Position numbers and translations under genes: made by a program
Notes under the pieces: generated by a model
The model's input: the letters and a program-made list of their open reading frames with translations, nothing else
Databases searched by the model: none
What the model was told of the DNA's origin: nothing
Shown: positions 17,336-26,330 of the stretch, one piece after another
Layout of the letters: each line of letters opens with the position of its first letter
Position numbering within the stretch: the stretch's first letter is position 1
Source of the DNA: a virus
Taxonomy: Duplodnaviria > Caudoviricetes
Strand: one strand, 5' to 3'
Length of the DNA: 28,658 nt
IMG/VR virus record: IMGVR_UViG_3300030372_001197
Span: 1 to 28,658 of that record

Positions 17336-17934
17336 TATGCAATGGCCTCTCGCACATCAAATGAAATGCTGTATAAACCACTTGCATTAGTTACATACAT
17401 AATTTCATTGCTGGCAAGATAAACAGTGTAACTAGGTTTGTTAACAGTAACTGCTTCGTTGTCTGCAAGTGCGGCCACTAAATTTGGCGATATGCTTATG
17501 GTTGCTGCTCCACCAGAAGCATTGGCATCGTCTGTAACCATGTAAACCTTGGTGTGATTAGCAAATTTAATTCTATCTCCAGCCTTTAATGCACCAGTAG
17601 TTGTTGAAAAACCATCCATGGCAATGGTGTTATCTCCAGCTGTATGTGCACCAGCAACTAAAATATCTGTTTCAGATTTGCTGGCCCCAAGATTGTCTGT
17701 TGGATCTACAATTGTAAAATCTTCAAAAGAACCTTTTTGTTTTTGTAAAAATGCAAATACTTCCTGGGCCTTTTCTTGTTGCATAGGCGGCATTTGCACT
17801 GTGAATGAAAAATATTGTGCTCCAATTTGTCTAACTTGTTTGCGGCCAGACAATGTTTGATTTACCAGCGTTGGAGTATCGCCTTTAAAATTTATTGTTT
17901 TAAAATTTGGATTTGTAGGAAATTGTCCAGACAT
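17335..17934 (-). CDS. distal tail protein
   Basis: Immediately after the tape measure gene; TLSGRKQVR...AFL....G..F pattern. Confidence 0.7.
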   Translation of the reverse strand: MSGQFPTNPNFKTINFKGDTPTLVNQTLSGRKQVRQIGAQYFSFTVQMPPMQQEKAQEVFAFLQKQKGSFEDFTIVDPTDNLGASKSETDILVAGAHTAGDNTIAMDGFSTTTGALKAGDRIKFANHTKVYMVTDDANASGGAATISISPNLVAALADNEAVTVNKPSYTVYLASNEIMYVTNASGLYSISFDVREAIA

Positions 17935-19647
17935 TTATACAACCCCCATTTTGCCTTGATTGTTCATGGCGTTATTTATTATTGATGTAATTAATCCTTT
18001 TCTTGATGCCAGGAGTTGATCGAACCCAGCTGCATCTACTGTAGAGATATTAAAATTAACTGTGGCACCAGAACTCATGCCCTGGCCTTTTGTATGATCT
18101 ATGACTGTTTCATTTGGATGTAGTATTGCTGGGAAGCCACCTTTACCATCTACGCCACCAGCCCTGGCACCCATGCCTGTGTATCCCCCACCATCTGCTG
18201 AAAAAAGATCTCCAAAACTACCAAATGCTGAACCAAAACTATCTGTAAGAGGCTTTAAAATCATTTGCTGTATTGCAATTCTTAGCAATTGTTCAACTAC
18301 ATAATCAGCAAAATCTTTAAATGATAATTTGCCATTTCTTAAACCTTCAACTATTGAATCTTCAAATTTTTTCATTGCTGAAACAGCTGTGGTTTCTAAT
18401 GTTTTTGTAAGGCCTTCTTTACCCAATGAATCTTTAAACTTTTCTAATGGGCTTAATAGATCAACAAAATTTTTACCAGCATTATTTGCACTATCCCCAG
18501 CTGCATCCGTGCCGTCTTTTATATCATCTAAAGTAATTTTCATGCCTCTTAACTTCTCAGCCGCAGCCTTTGTTCTTTCAACAAATTCACTACTTGCAAC
18601 ATTTTTTTCAGCTTTTGCTAAATCTAGTTCAGCATCTTTTATTTGTAGCATTATGTCTGCAAGACTTCCAAACACATGGCCGAGGCCAGGAGTTTTCTTT
18701 AAAATGTCAGCTACAAAATTTCCGTAGCTTATCTGTGCTTTTGGTAAAATAATTTCTAAATTTGCAAGAAAATCTGCAAAAGCAAACTGCATTTCTCCTA
18801 TAGCTTCAATTGCACTTGCACTTGCATCAATTATAGAATTTGCAATATTCATTCCCAGCTTATCCATCCCACCAGCACCATCTATCATTGACTGTATTGC
18901 ATCAGCAATTGCAATTTGCATTGTCTCAAAAACTGGTAAAAATGAAGTTGTAATATTGTTTACAAAAGAACCTAGCTGCATTTTTACAACGCCAACAGCA
19001 TCATTAAATTGTTCAGTTCTTCTTATAACTTTTTCGCTTAATACAATGCCTAATGATTCTGCTCTTTGTATAAATTTAGCCAAACCTTTTTCACTAAGAT
19101 CTTTAATTGCACCAGTTAAGACAACACCCTGCCTGCCAAATAAACCAGCCAAGGCTGCTGCCCTGGTTGATTGATCTGCCATATTAGAAATACCAACAGC
19201 GGTTTCTGCTAGCAAAGTGTCAAAATCTTTTAGGTTGCCATTGTTATCTTTTAATTCAACGCCCAGATCTTTAAAAATATCTGCTTGGGTTTTTAGGCCT
19301 CTGGAAGCATCACCAATACTTCTAGCAAATTTAATAAGTGCTGTGTTAGCACCCTCAACAGTTGTTCCAGATTCCCTGGCCGCAAGATGAAATGCTTGAA
19401 GTGTATCTGTTGCTATTCCTGTTTGTGTAGAAGTTTTACCTAAAGCATCTACGGCATCAAAAGATTTATTTACAATTAAAGCTAATGCACCAGCTGCTGC
19501 TGTTGCTGCAAGTCCTACAGCTGCGATTCCTTTGGTTGCACCTGCGGCAGCTCCACCAATAGATTTAAGGCCACCAGTTACAGAGGTAAAAGCAGCTTTT
19601 GTTTTATTAACAGCTGTTAATTCAATCTTTACTTTTTTATTTGCCAT
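17935..19647 (-). CDS. tail tape measure protein
   Basis: Ala/Gly-rich helical 570-aa protein with a lambda-like C-terminal ADGGGYTG...GGFPAILHPNE motif. Confidence 0.9.
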   Translation of the reverse strand: MANKKVKIELTAVNKTKAAFTSVTGGLKSIGGAAAGATKGIAAVGLAATAAAGALALIVNKSFDAVDALGKTSTQTGIATDTLQAFHLAARESGTTVEGANTALIKFARSIGDASRGLKTQADIFKDLGVELKDNNGNLKDFDTLLAETAVGISNMADQSTRAAALAGLFGRQGVVLTGAIKDLSEKGLAKFIQRAESLGIVLSEKVIRRTEQFNDAVGVVKMQLGSFVNNITTSFLPVFETMQIAIADAIQSMIDGAGGMDKLGMNIANSIIDASASAIEAIGEMQFAFADFLANLEIILPKAQISYGNFVADILKKTPGLGHVFGSLADIMLQIKDAELDLAKAEKNVASSEFVERTKAAAEKLRGMKITLDDIKDGTDAAGDSANNAGKNFVDLLSPLEKFKDSLGKEGLTKTLETTAVSAMKKFEDSIVEGLRNGKLSFKDFADYVVEQLLRIAIQQMILKPLTDSFGSAFGSFGDLFSADGGGYTGMGARAGGVDGKGGFPAILHPNETVIDHTKGQGMSSGATVNFNISTVDAAGFDQLLASRKGLITSIINNAMNNQGKMGVV

Positions 19648-19798
19648 GCTTCCTTCTATCTTCCAAAATTTCTAAATAAGCAATCCAGCCCTGGTATTCC
19701 TGGACACTAATTTGCTGTAGTTCTTCTAGGGTTTTACCTAGTTTATCTGCAAGGCTGTATTGCAGAAATAAATTAGCATCCTCTGTTAGTCCTTTTTT
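19637..19798 (-). CDS. gpT-like extension of the tail chaperone, reached by -1 frameshift
   Basis: The -1 frame after A_AAA_AAG (19798-19792) reads GLTEDANLFLQYSLADKLGKTLEELQQISVQEYQGWIAYLEILEDRRKHGK* and has no ATG of its own. Confidence 0.85.
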   Translation of the reverse strand, partial: KKGLTEDANLFLQYSLADKLGKTLEELQQISVQEYQGWIAYLEILEDRRKHGK

Positions 19799-20121
19799 GT
19801 TTCCTCAATAGGCTCTTGCCCCATAATCTCTTGGGCCACTCTAACTAACACCTCACGATCAACTTTGTTTAGCAGTTTATTTTTATCGCCAATATCAAAT
19901 AACTTTTCCCCTTCGCTATCCAATGCCTTATAAATTAATACATAAGCCATCATCGTTAGATCATCTTCCTGGCTCATTTTGTAGAGTTTAGAAGTTTCAC
20001 TAAGCGTTAATGGCTTGCTGTATATTTTTAAAGGTTCATCGTCTTGGCCCCATTCTGGAACCAGCGTTACTCTCACATCTTGATTTTCAAAATGTTTAAC
20101 TGCGTTATCTATTACTGACAT
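19786..20121 (-). CDS. tail assembly chaperone, gpG-like
   Basis: VPEWG...ALDSEGEKLF; lies between tube and tape measure and ends in a slippery heptamer. Confidence 0.85.
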   Translation of the reverse strand: MSVIDNAVKHFENQDVRVTLVPEWGQDDEPLKIYSKPLTLSETSKLYKMSQEDDLTMMAYVLIYKALDSEGEKLFDIGDKNKLLNKVDREVLVRVAQEIMGQEPIEETKKD

Positions 20122-20124
20122 TTT

Positions 20125-20514
20125 TTATACTGTTGTAATAGTTAATGCACCACTACCCTGGAAGCTAATGCTTGCCTCAACCAATCCATCATGTGAACCA
20201 GATACTGTTTTACCAGTAATGATTGCGGTTCCAGTGTAGTAAGTATCGCCACTTGCAGCACCTTCTGGGTATAAATTAAGAGTTATAGAAGAACCAATAC
20301 TCATGGCCACCTGGCCAGTTGTATCTGTTTCATCCCAAAAACACTCAACAGATCCAGAAAAGGATGTAAGTGAAGATTCAAAAGTTTTAGCAGCATCGCC
20401 CATTGATGTTGATTCTATTGTGTCAGCAGCCTCATCAATTGAATAAGATCTAACTTCAGCAACAGTATTAGCACCAACTTTAACGACTCCTTCTGAGCCT
20501 TTATGTATCGCCAT
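20125..20514 (-). CDS. major tail tube protein
   Basis: GSEG...EVRSYSI...TSMGD...SISFQGSGAL siphovirus tube pattern. Confidence 0.85.
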   Translation of the reverse strand: MAIHKGSEGVVKVGANTVAEVRSYSIDEAADTIESTSMGDAAKTFESSLTSFSGSVECFWDETDTTGQVAMSIGSSITLNLYPEGAASGDTYYTGTAIITGKTVSGSHDGLVEASISFQGSGALTITTV

Positions 20515-20662
20515 TTTCTTTTACCTCGGCTTTCGCCTGTTTTTTAGAAGAAGATTTAATTTCCTGGGCTGCTTCTTCCTTCCAACCCTTTTTTTTAAGA
20601 TACTCAACCCTAGTAGGATGTGCATCTATAAAACTTGTTCCATCTGGTGAAATCATTTTCAT
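20501..20662 (-). CDS. small Lys-rich protein, 53 aa (not in ORF track)
   Basis: AGGAG RBS; MKMISPDGTSFIDAHPTRVEYLKKKGWKEEAAQEIKSSSKKQAKAEVKENGDT; overlaps the tube start. Confidence 0.7.
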   Translation of the reverse strand: MKMISPDGTSFIDAHPTRVEYLKKKGWKEEAAQEIKSSSKKQAKAEVKENGDT

Positions 20663-20675
20663 AATTTACTCCTGG

Positions 20676-21122
20676 TTAAACTGCCACATCTGGATTTTGC
20701 TCCTGGACATAGTAGCTAGTTAAAAAAGTAAGGGTACAAAACGCCAATGGTTTTTCTCCTTCCGCATTAAATTCAATTTCTGTAGATTCTATGTAGCAAT
20801 CTTTGGCCTTCCCAGACAATGTAGGATCAGCTGCAATTGCTTGTTCCACTTCTTTGCAAACAGTGTCCAGAGTATCTTCAAAATTAGTTGTACTCTTAAC
20901 ATAGGCCTCGACAACCAGGCTTAACATTCTTTCACTTGTTCTGTTTGGGCCAATTTCTATTGGCTCGCTATCTTCGGATTTTGTATAAACTAAAATCGCT
21001 GGCAAGTTGCCATCTTCTAAAGGATAAACCCTGGAATCAAATACATTGGATCCAGTGGTTGTTAAACCAGTTAATTGTGTAACAACCTGGTTGCGGATTT
21101 GTTGTCTTACATGATCCGCCAT
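20676..21122 (-). CDS. tail terminator protein (gpU-like)
   Basis: HVRQQIR...VFDSRVYP...LPAILVY...LD..C.EVE.A; upstream of the tube gene. Confidence 0.75.
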   Translation of the reverse strand: MADHVRQQIRNQVVTQLTGLTTTGSNVFDSRVYPLEDGNLPAILVYTKSEDSEPIEIGPNRTSERMLSLVVEAYVKSTTNFEDTLDTVCKEVEQAIAADPTLSGKAKDCYIESTEIEFNAEGEKPLAFCTLTFLTSYYVQEQNPDVAV

Positions 21123-21472
21123 TATTGCTCCTCTAAAACTAGGGCCGTAAAACCCTTAAAATCTTTTTGCACATTAACTATCTTGTAGTTAGTTGCGGCC
21201 TTTAAAATATTGCCGTTTACATCTTTATAAGCACTAACTGCCAAAGTGTCGTTATGTGAAACACTTGGAATATCTATAGATCTGCAATAAGCAATAGGTT
21301 GTACTGCTTCAACTCCAGATCCTTCGTCTAATTCCACATATTCTTCATTCAAAATAAGATTGAGTGAAGTATTAACACCATTCCTGGTGTAAGTTGCTGC
21401 TAAACCATGGCCATAAGTAGGATCTAAATATGCGGCCATGTCAGACTCTGTTTCATATTTAATTTGGCTCAT
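21122..21472 (-). CDS. head closure / head-tail joining protein (FII-like), paralogue 2
   Basis: QP...D.....D.L....Y....Q.D..G...LVLE pattern. Confidence 0.7.
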   Translation of the reverse strand: MSQIKYETESDMAAYLDPTYGHGLAATYTRNGVNTSLNLILNEEYVELDEGSGVEAVQPIAYCRSIDIPSVSHNDTLAVSAYKDVNGNILKAATNYKIVNVQKDFKGFTALVLEEQ

Positions 21473-21876
21473 TATGTGGCCTCTAAAACTAGCGTTAACA
21501 TTCCAACATTGTCTGGTTGCACTTCAACCACTAAATATGTTGTTTTTGCTTTAATAACATTGCCTTGGTCTGTAGTAATAGCATCAACAATTAATTTATC
21601 TTGATGGGAAATATAAGGTGCATCGCTGGCCTTTAATGTGGCCCTAGGTTGATAACCTTCAGCTGCAATGCTGTTGCCTTCAATGGCAAAATAATCCTCA
21701 TCCATAATAAGACTAATATTTTGTGAAGCCCCACTATCAATATCGAACCAGGTATCAATTAAGCCTGGCCTGGAATCCCATAAGGTATCTTGCACCTCAA
21801 AAAAAGTACCAGTGATTCCAAAACCTACGCTTGAATCTACATAGGAACTGAAATCAGCAGCACTTTCTAAGGCCAT
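21472..21876 (-). CDS. head closure / head-tail joining protein (FII-like), paralogue 1
   Basis: Same pattern, ending YLVVEVQPDNVGMLTLVLE. Confidence 0.7.
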   Translation of the reverse strand: MALESAADFSSYVDSSVGFGITGTFFEVQDTLWDSRPGLIDTWFDIDSGASQNISLIMDEDYFAIEGNSIAAEGYQPRATLKASDAPYISHQDKLIVDAITTDQGNVIKAKTTYLVVEVQPDNVGMLTLVLEAT

Positions 21877-22094
21877 TATTTACTCTTAGATCTTTTTTTT
21901 GGTGCTGGTTTATCAGAATTTTCTAAGCCTACGCTTCTGTTGGTTTCTTTTTTTTCTTTTTTCTTACCATCAGAAACACTGGCTTTTCCATAACCAATTA
22001 AAATATTGCCTTCTGTTTGTTCAACTTCAACAATATCGCCAGCGTGTACTCTTTGCTTGTTAGCAACAGTATCTTGCAAAATTAAAATTTTCAT
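21876..22094 (-). CDS. small basic protein following the capsid gene
   Basis: ATG 22094 with AAGG upstream (MKILILQ...GDIVEV...LIGYGKA). The longer ORF-track start would run through the terminator hairpin. Confidence 0.65.
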   Translation of the reverse strand: MKILILQDTVANKQRVHAGDIVEVEQTEGNILIGYGKASVSDGKKKEKKETNRSVGLENSDKPAPKKRSKSK

Positions 22095-22117
22095 AGTTTC
22101 TTTACCTTGTTTAAAGC

Positions 22118-22138
22118 TGGCGGACACTAGGCCCGCCA
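22118..22138 (-). terminator. hairpin after the capsid gene (probable leaky terminator)
   Basis: UGGCGGGC-CUAGU-GUCCGCCA followed by GCUUU. Confidence 0.6.
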
Positions 22139-22164
22139 TCTTGTTAGTATCTAATGACAACTAA

Positions 22165-24105
22165 TTAAGAAGCTGCACAGAAGCTAACTGCGTGTCTAAC
22201 AGCACAGTCAACACTTTGTAATGCAACAACTCTCACAGTTCCAGAAGTAGAATTTGAATAAGGATCTACAACAATATCTAATCCGCCAAAGAAGCCAATT
22301 AATAAATCATTGAAGTTACCAAATACATAATTGTTAGCTGTTAACTGTGGTGAAACAACAACTGGATAGCCGTTCATTTCGCCATTAGCAGCTACAAAAA
22401 TTCCGCTTCCTGTATCTTTGCTAGTAGTCTTTAAAGTTCCATAGTTAGTTGGATGTACTATGTAAGCAAGTTGCCCCATAAGTGCATTATCAACTGCTAT
22501 AGAAGATTCAATAGAAACAACCTCTGCCCATGTAGGAGCAGCTGCTGAAGATAATGAAACAGTGTTAATTCCAGTAGTGTTGGTTATACCAGTTGGATTA
22601 CCAGAAGAACCACTACCTTCAAGAGCAGCATCATCAATAGCAATAGCCATAGATTGAGCAAGATCTTGTCGAACTAGGTTTTCAACATCAAGTGAAGATT
22701 GAATCATCAATTGTCTTGTCATGTCTGTATAAGTACCTAAAGTTTTAGGTGTAAGACTTACATTGCCAATTGTCATTTCTGTTTCACCAGCAGCACCACC
22801 CTCAGAGGAGATAAATGCAGCAGTTGAAGTTCCAGTTTTCTTAGGAATCTTAACATCGCCAGATAAGCCGTTTAGATTTGTAGCTAAAGGCATTACAGCT
22901 GAGTTATTTCTTAAAGCATCAATGAAAGATCCGCCTCTGTAGTCCTGGCCAATTAAATCACCATCACTACCAGCACTTAGATCTCTTTGCTGCCAATCGT
23001 TAAGAATTTCAGCTGGAAGCATAACTCCCTGTGCTGTTCTTCCGTATGCTTCTTGTGCAGCTTCTGAACATTCCATTTCAAATCGTGCAGCTTCTTGTGC
23101 TTTACGATCTGTTGGATTTGCCATAGCATTAATTGCTTTAATAACACTGAATCTTTTTGTTTCAGATTCTGTTAAACCAATTTCATTTGGAGTTTCTAAA
23201 GGCACATCATTAGAAATAGTATCTAGTAATTGTCCTCTAAATTCATCAACTGATAATTGATCTTGAATAGCTTGATTGCCTAAATCTCTTTTGTTGTGCT
23301 TGGCAGCAAGATCTAAAATCTCTTTTGAGTTTTTAGCAAATTCTTTTCTTGCTTCGTCTGCACTTTGAGATCTAACTTCATCAAGATTAATTTCTTGTTT
23401 TTCATTTTCCATTATTTTCACCTTTGTGTTTGGAATATTGTTAGATTTAGAACGGCCCACGCCAACTTGCTTGGATTGATCTGCTGGGATTGAAACTACA
23501 GATGCTTCCATAGGTGTCCAACTAGCCCTGTAATGATCGCCAATCTCATTATTGCTTGCCTGTTCCAGTTTATTTATTTTGTAGCCAACGGATATGTTTC
23601 TTTTTATGCCGTCTTTTACATCTTCAAAAACTTCACGAGCAAGTGCAGATTTACCAAATCTAACTACTGCAACTGTTCTTTTTGCAGCCTCGTCAAGTTT
23701 ATATTCTTCAACAACACCAATTTGCTCATCCATATTATGGTTGTTCAATAATGGTGCTGATCCAGAGGCCATGAATGACATATCCACATCCTCTGCTTTA
23801 TGGCTTAGAACCTCTAAACCAAATGACCTTTCAACTCCGCTTTCGGATGACACTCCTATGCGAACCCGTCTGGTATCTTCGTCAATGTAAGATGCCCTGG
23901 ATAGATCTATTGTTCGATAAGTTACCTCATCGTCAAACAATCTTTCAGTTGCATCTTCGCTAACATCCTCAATGACTTCAGCAGAATCAATTAAATCTTC
24001 TGCTTCTGTTTCGCTGAGGATGGGATTTTCACTTTTAAATTCCATGCTTACCTCGCTAGGATGTTTTTCATTTGGCGTAATTGCCTCTTGAAACTTGTTA
24101 TTCAT
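22165..24105 (-). CDS. fused prohead protease and HK97-fold major capsid protein
   Basis: N-terminal APLLNNH...IGVV...NISVGY...EASVVSIPAD protease; C-terminal FIDALRN...LTPKTL...ALEGSG..PTGI...FGNF capsid. Confidence 0.92.
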   Translation of the reverse strand: MNNKFQEAITPNEKHPSEVSMEFKSENPILSETEAEDLIDSAEVIEDVSEDATERLFDDEVTYRTIDLSRASYIDEDTRRVRIGVSSESGVERSFGLEVLSHKAEDVDMSFMASGSAPLLNNHNMDEQIGVVEEYKLDEAAKRTVAVVRFGKSALAREVFEDVKDGIKRNISVGYKINKLEQASNNEIGDHYRASWTPMEASVVSIPADQSKQVGVGRSKSNNIPNTKVKIMENEKQEINLDEVRSQSADEARKEFAKNSKEILDLAAKHNKRDLGNQAIQDQLSVDEFRGQLLDTISNDVPLETPNEIGLTESETKRFSVIKAINAMANPTDRKAQEAARFEMECSEAAQEAYGRTAQGVMLPAEILNDWQQRDLSAGSDGDLIGQDYRGGSFIDALRNNSAVMPLATNLNGLSGDVKIPKKTGTSTAAFISSEGGAAGETEMTIGNVSLTPKTLGTYTDMTRQLMIQSSLDVENLVRQDLAQSMAIAIDDAALEGSGSSGNPTGITNTTGINTVSLSSAAAPTWAEVVSIESSIAVDNALMGQLAYIVHPTNYGTLKTTSKDTGSGIFVAANGEMNGYPVVVSPQLTANNYVFGNFNDLLIGFFGGLDIVVDPYSNSTSGTVRVVALQSVDCAVRHAVSFCAAS

Positions 24106-25582
24106 TATCTGGATCTCCTTCTATTTCTGCTGGAACTGGGGCCTTATTACCAAATGGCTGAAATGCCGTGGAGATACCATATTGATCCGCCAGTTCCTTT
24201 TCTTTTTGATGTTGTTCAAATGTTTCTTCTACATCTTTTCCATAACTAGAAACAATGTCTGAGTATGTTGTTATTCCATTTTGTAGGCCAACCACATTGG
24301 CTTGCATTTCTTTTAATGGATCTATCCAGGAGAATGATCTTGGAATGTAATTAATAGAATTAGCAAACTTGTTAAATTTACCGATTGGCAAGTTAATGGC
24401 TTTGGTAGTTATGGCCATTTCTAACCAGCGTTTAAATACAACATCTATAAAATGTTGAATAATAAATTCTTGCCAGATCTGGAAGTTAGATCTATCTTCT
24501 AATGCACCCTGGCGGATAGAAGAATAGTTAACAGAAGTTAAATCATTGCTTAAAGCGTGATATGAGATATTTAGTCCTGAAGCAATAGATCTAAGAACTG
24601 TGGTTGTAAAAGATTCAAATGCACTTGTTGGATGGCTAGGATCCCAAGATTGAAACTCTTGGCCGTTACTTAATTGATGGAATGTTCCAGGCTCTACATT
24701 CATAATTGGGTTAAATGTATCTTCGGTATCATCACCCACAAATGAATTACCATCTGGAGATGTAAAGAAGCCCATTTTGCTTGCCCCTAATCTTGCAGCC
24801 ACAATTTCTGCTTCAAGATAACCATCTAATTGTTTTACATTGGCCATAGCTGTTGAAATGTGGCTTACGCCTCTTGTTTGCTCGGCCCTATTAGGCATAT
24901 AACAGTGTGTAATTTCTTCCGCTGGTACTCTTATGTGCTTTTTGTTGTATTTAGCAGAATAGGTTGTGTCATACGGATGTTCTTTAAATAAATGATAAGC
25001 AACTGGCCTATAAAATTTATCTACCTCAACACCCATGCAGATTTTGTTACCATTTTTCGCAACAATATTAAGATCTTCATCTAAGTAATCAGCTTCTAAA
25101 AATTGTATTTGATAACCAAAAGAATTATTGTTCGTTTTAATGTGTCTAATTAAAACCTCGCCATCCCTGGCCAAAGATTCCACAAACAGTTTTTGACAAT
25201 CCAAAAAAGACATTTTGCCATTTGCTGTTGGAACTCCATACTTAGTCCATTGCTTCCAGGCATCTTCTATTTGCCTGTTGGCCAGCAAATCTAAAGATCC
25301 ATTATCATTCCTGGCCTTAGATGAAATTCTAACTCCGTGCTTGCCTACTACATTTGAGATCATTAAATTTAAGTAACGATTAATGTATGAGTTGTTTCTT
25401 GCTAAATCCCTGGCTCTATCTCTTAAAGTTCTTAGGTTATCTTTTATTTCAGCATTGGCTGATTTGCTAGATGTTAAAAAGTCAGCAAACAATCTTCCAG
25501 TTGTTGCTCCTTGATAACTTCTTTTAAAAGTTTTCTTTTGTTGCTTAGGAGTTCTATTAAAAATGTTGTTGTACCAGGCCAT
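24098..25582 (-). CDS. portal protein, lambda family
   Basis: LRDRARDLARNN, DGEV, RAEQTRG, NYSSIRQG and WIDPLKE motifs. Confidence 0.95.
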   Translation of the reverse strand: MAWYNNIFNRTPKQQKKTFKRSYQGATTGRLFADFLTSSKSANAEIKDNLRTLRDRARDLARNNSYINRYLNLMISNVVGKHGVRISSKARNDNGSLDLLANRQIEDAWKQWTKYGVPTANGKMSFLDCQKLFVESLARDGEVLIRHIKTNNNSFGYQIQFLEADYLDEDLNIVAKNGNKICMGVEVDKFYRPVAYHLFKEHPYDTTYSAKYNKKHIRVPAEEITHCYMPNRAEQTRGVSHISTAMANVKQLDGYLEAEIVAARLGASKMGFFTSPDGNSFVGDDTEDTFNPIMNVEPGTFHQLSNGQEFQSWDPSHPTSAFESFTTTVLRSIASGLNISYHALSNDLTSVNYSSIRQGALEDRSNFQIWQEFIIQHFIDVVFKRWLEMAITTKAINLPIGKFNKFANSINYIPRSFSWIDPLKEMQANVVGLQNGITTYSDIVSSYGKDVEETFEQHQKEKELADQYGISTAFQPFGNKAPVPAEIEGDPDNE

Positions 25583-26202
25583 TATGTTAAGTCTGTAGGA
25601 TTAAATGTTGAATGTTGACCAAATCTAACTTTGATGTTGTTACCAGTGCCTTTATTGTTCTTGGCCCTGGCTTGTTTAAGTTCTTGTAAGTATTCAGTTT
25701 TAAAACGATCTCTAAAACTCATTAATTCGTCTATAGACATTCTGGAAAGAGATCTGCCAGCAATACTCATTGATGATTGATCCATGGTGGCTCTGTTTAG
25801 GGCCACAGCTTCAATTGCATCAAGCATTTGTTTGGCAAAAGATCTTACCGAGGATGATGTGGTAGCGTAATCATCTTGTACTGTAATAAAACCTTCACCA
25901 ACTTTAATTCTGCCGCCAGAATTGCGATGAATGTTTGCAATCCAGTTATATTCGCCAGCTGTATAATTAGTAGTTGTTGAATGTGGAACCTCAACTTTGT
26001 AATCAGAACCATCATTGGTGGCTACAATTTGAAAATTTGTATTTGTAGATCCATCAATTAGATTAAATTCGTATTTAAGTGTAAAAGCTGAGTTGTCGTA
26101 GTCTGATCCCAGACTATCATTTTTCCAGTTCCAGTTATCACCCTTCTTTAATTCTTCTGGAACATAGTTAGGGTAGTTAGTTGAATCGAATAAATTGGCC
26201 AA
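25582..26202 (-). CDS. head completion / adaptor protein, gpW-like with an N-terminal beta domain
   Basis: Between TerL and portal; C-terminal SMSIAGRSLSRMSIDEL; TTG start after GAGG. Confidence 0.7.
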   Translation of the reverse strand: MANLFDSTNYPNYVPEELKKGDNWNWKNDSLGSDYDNSAFTLKYEFNLIDGSTNTNFQIVATNDGSDYKVEVPHSTTTNYTAGEYNWIANIHRNSGGRIKVGEGFITVQDDYATTSSSVRSFAKQMLDAIEAVALNRATMDQSSMSIAGRSLSRMSIDELMSFRDRFKTEYLQELKQARAKNNKGTGNNIKVRFGQHSTFNPTDLT

Positions 26203-26239
26203 TTAATCCTCTGTATTTAAAATGTAAACTTACACAAAA

Positions 26240-26267
26240 ACACTAAGGTCGTTTTTAATCTTGTCAA
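26240..26267 (-). promoter_or_regulatory. possible promoter TTGACA-N16-TAGTGT for the head genes
   Basis: Perfect -35 at 26267-26262 with a weak -10. Confidence 0.5.
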
Positions 26268-26278
26268 ATATATAAATA

Positions 26279-26327
26279 TTACGAGTTATGTAAGAGATCT
26301 CAGCTGCAAAACTAATGTAATTCGTAA
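26279..26327. promoter_or_regulatory. spaced inverted-repeat site B (TTACGA-N37-TCGTAA)
   Basis: Matches site A at 4620-4668 in arms and spacing; function unknown. Confidence 0.6.
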
Positions 26328-26330
26328 ATA

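Noticed and set aside
22095-22160. N-terminal extension of the post-capsid ORF as given in the track
   Set aside because: It runs through a terminator-like hairpin; ATG 22094 has the better RBS.
22165-22945. Second GGCC-poor stretch in the capsid domain as a sign of foreign origin
   Set aside because: It is short and better explained by codon preference in a highly expressed gene; GATC and AGCT sites are still present.
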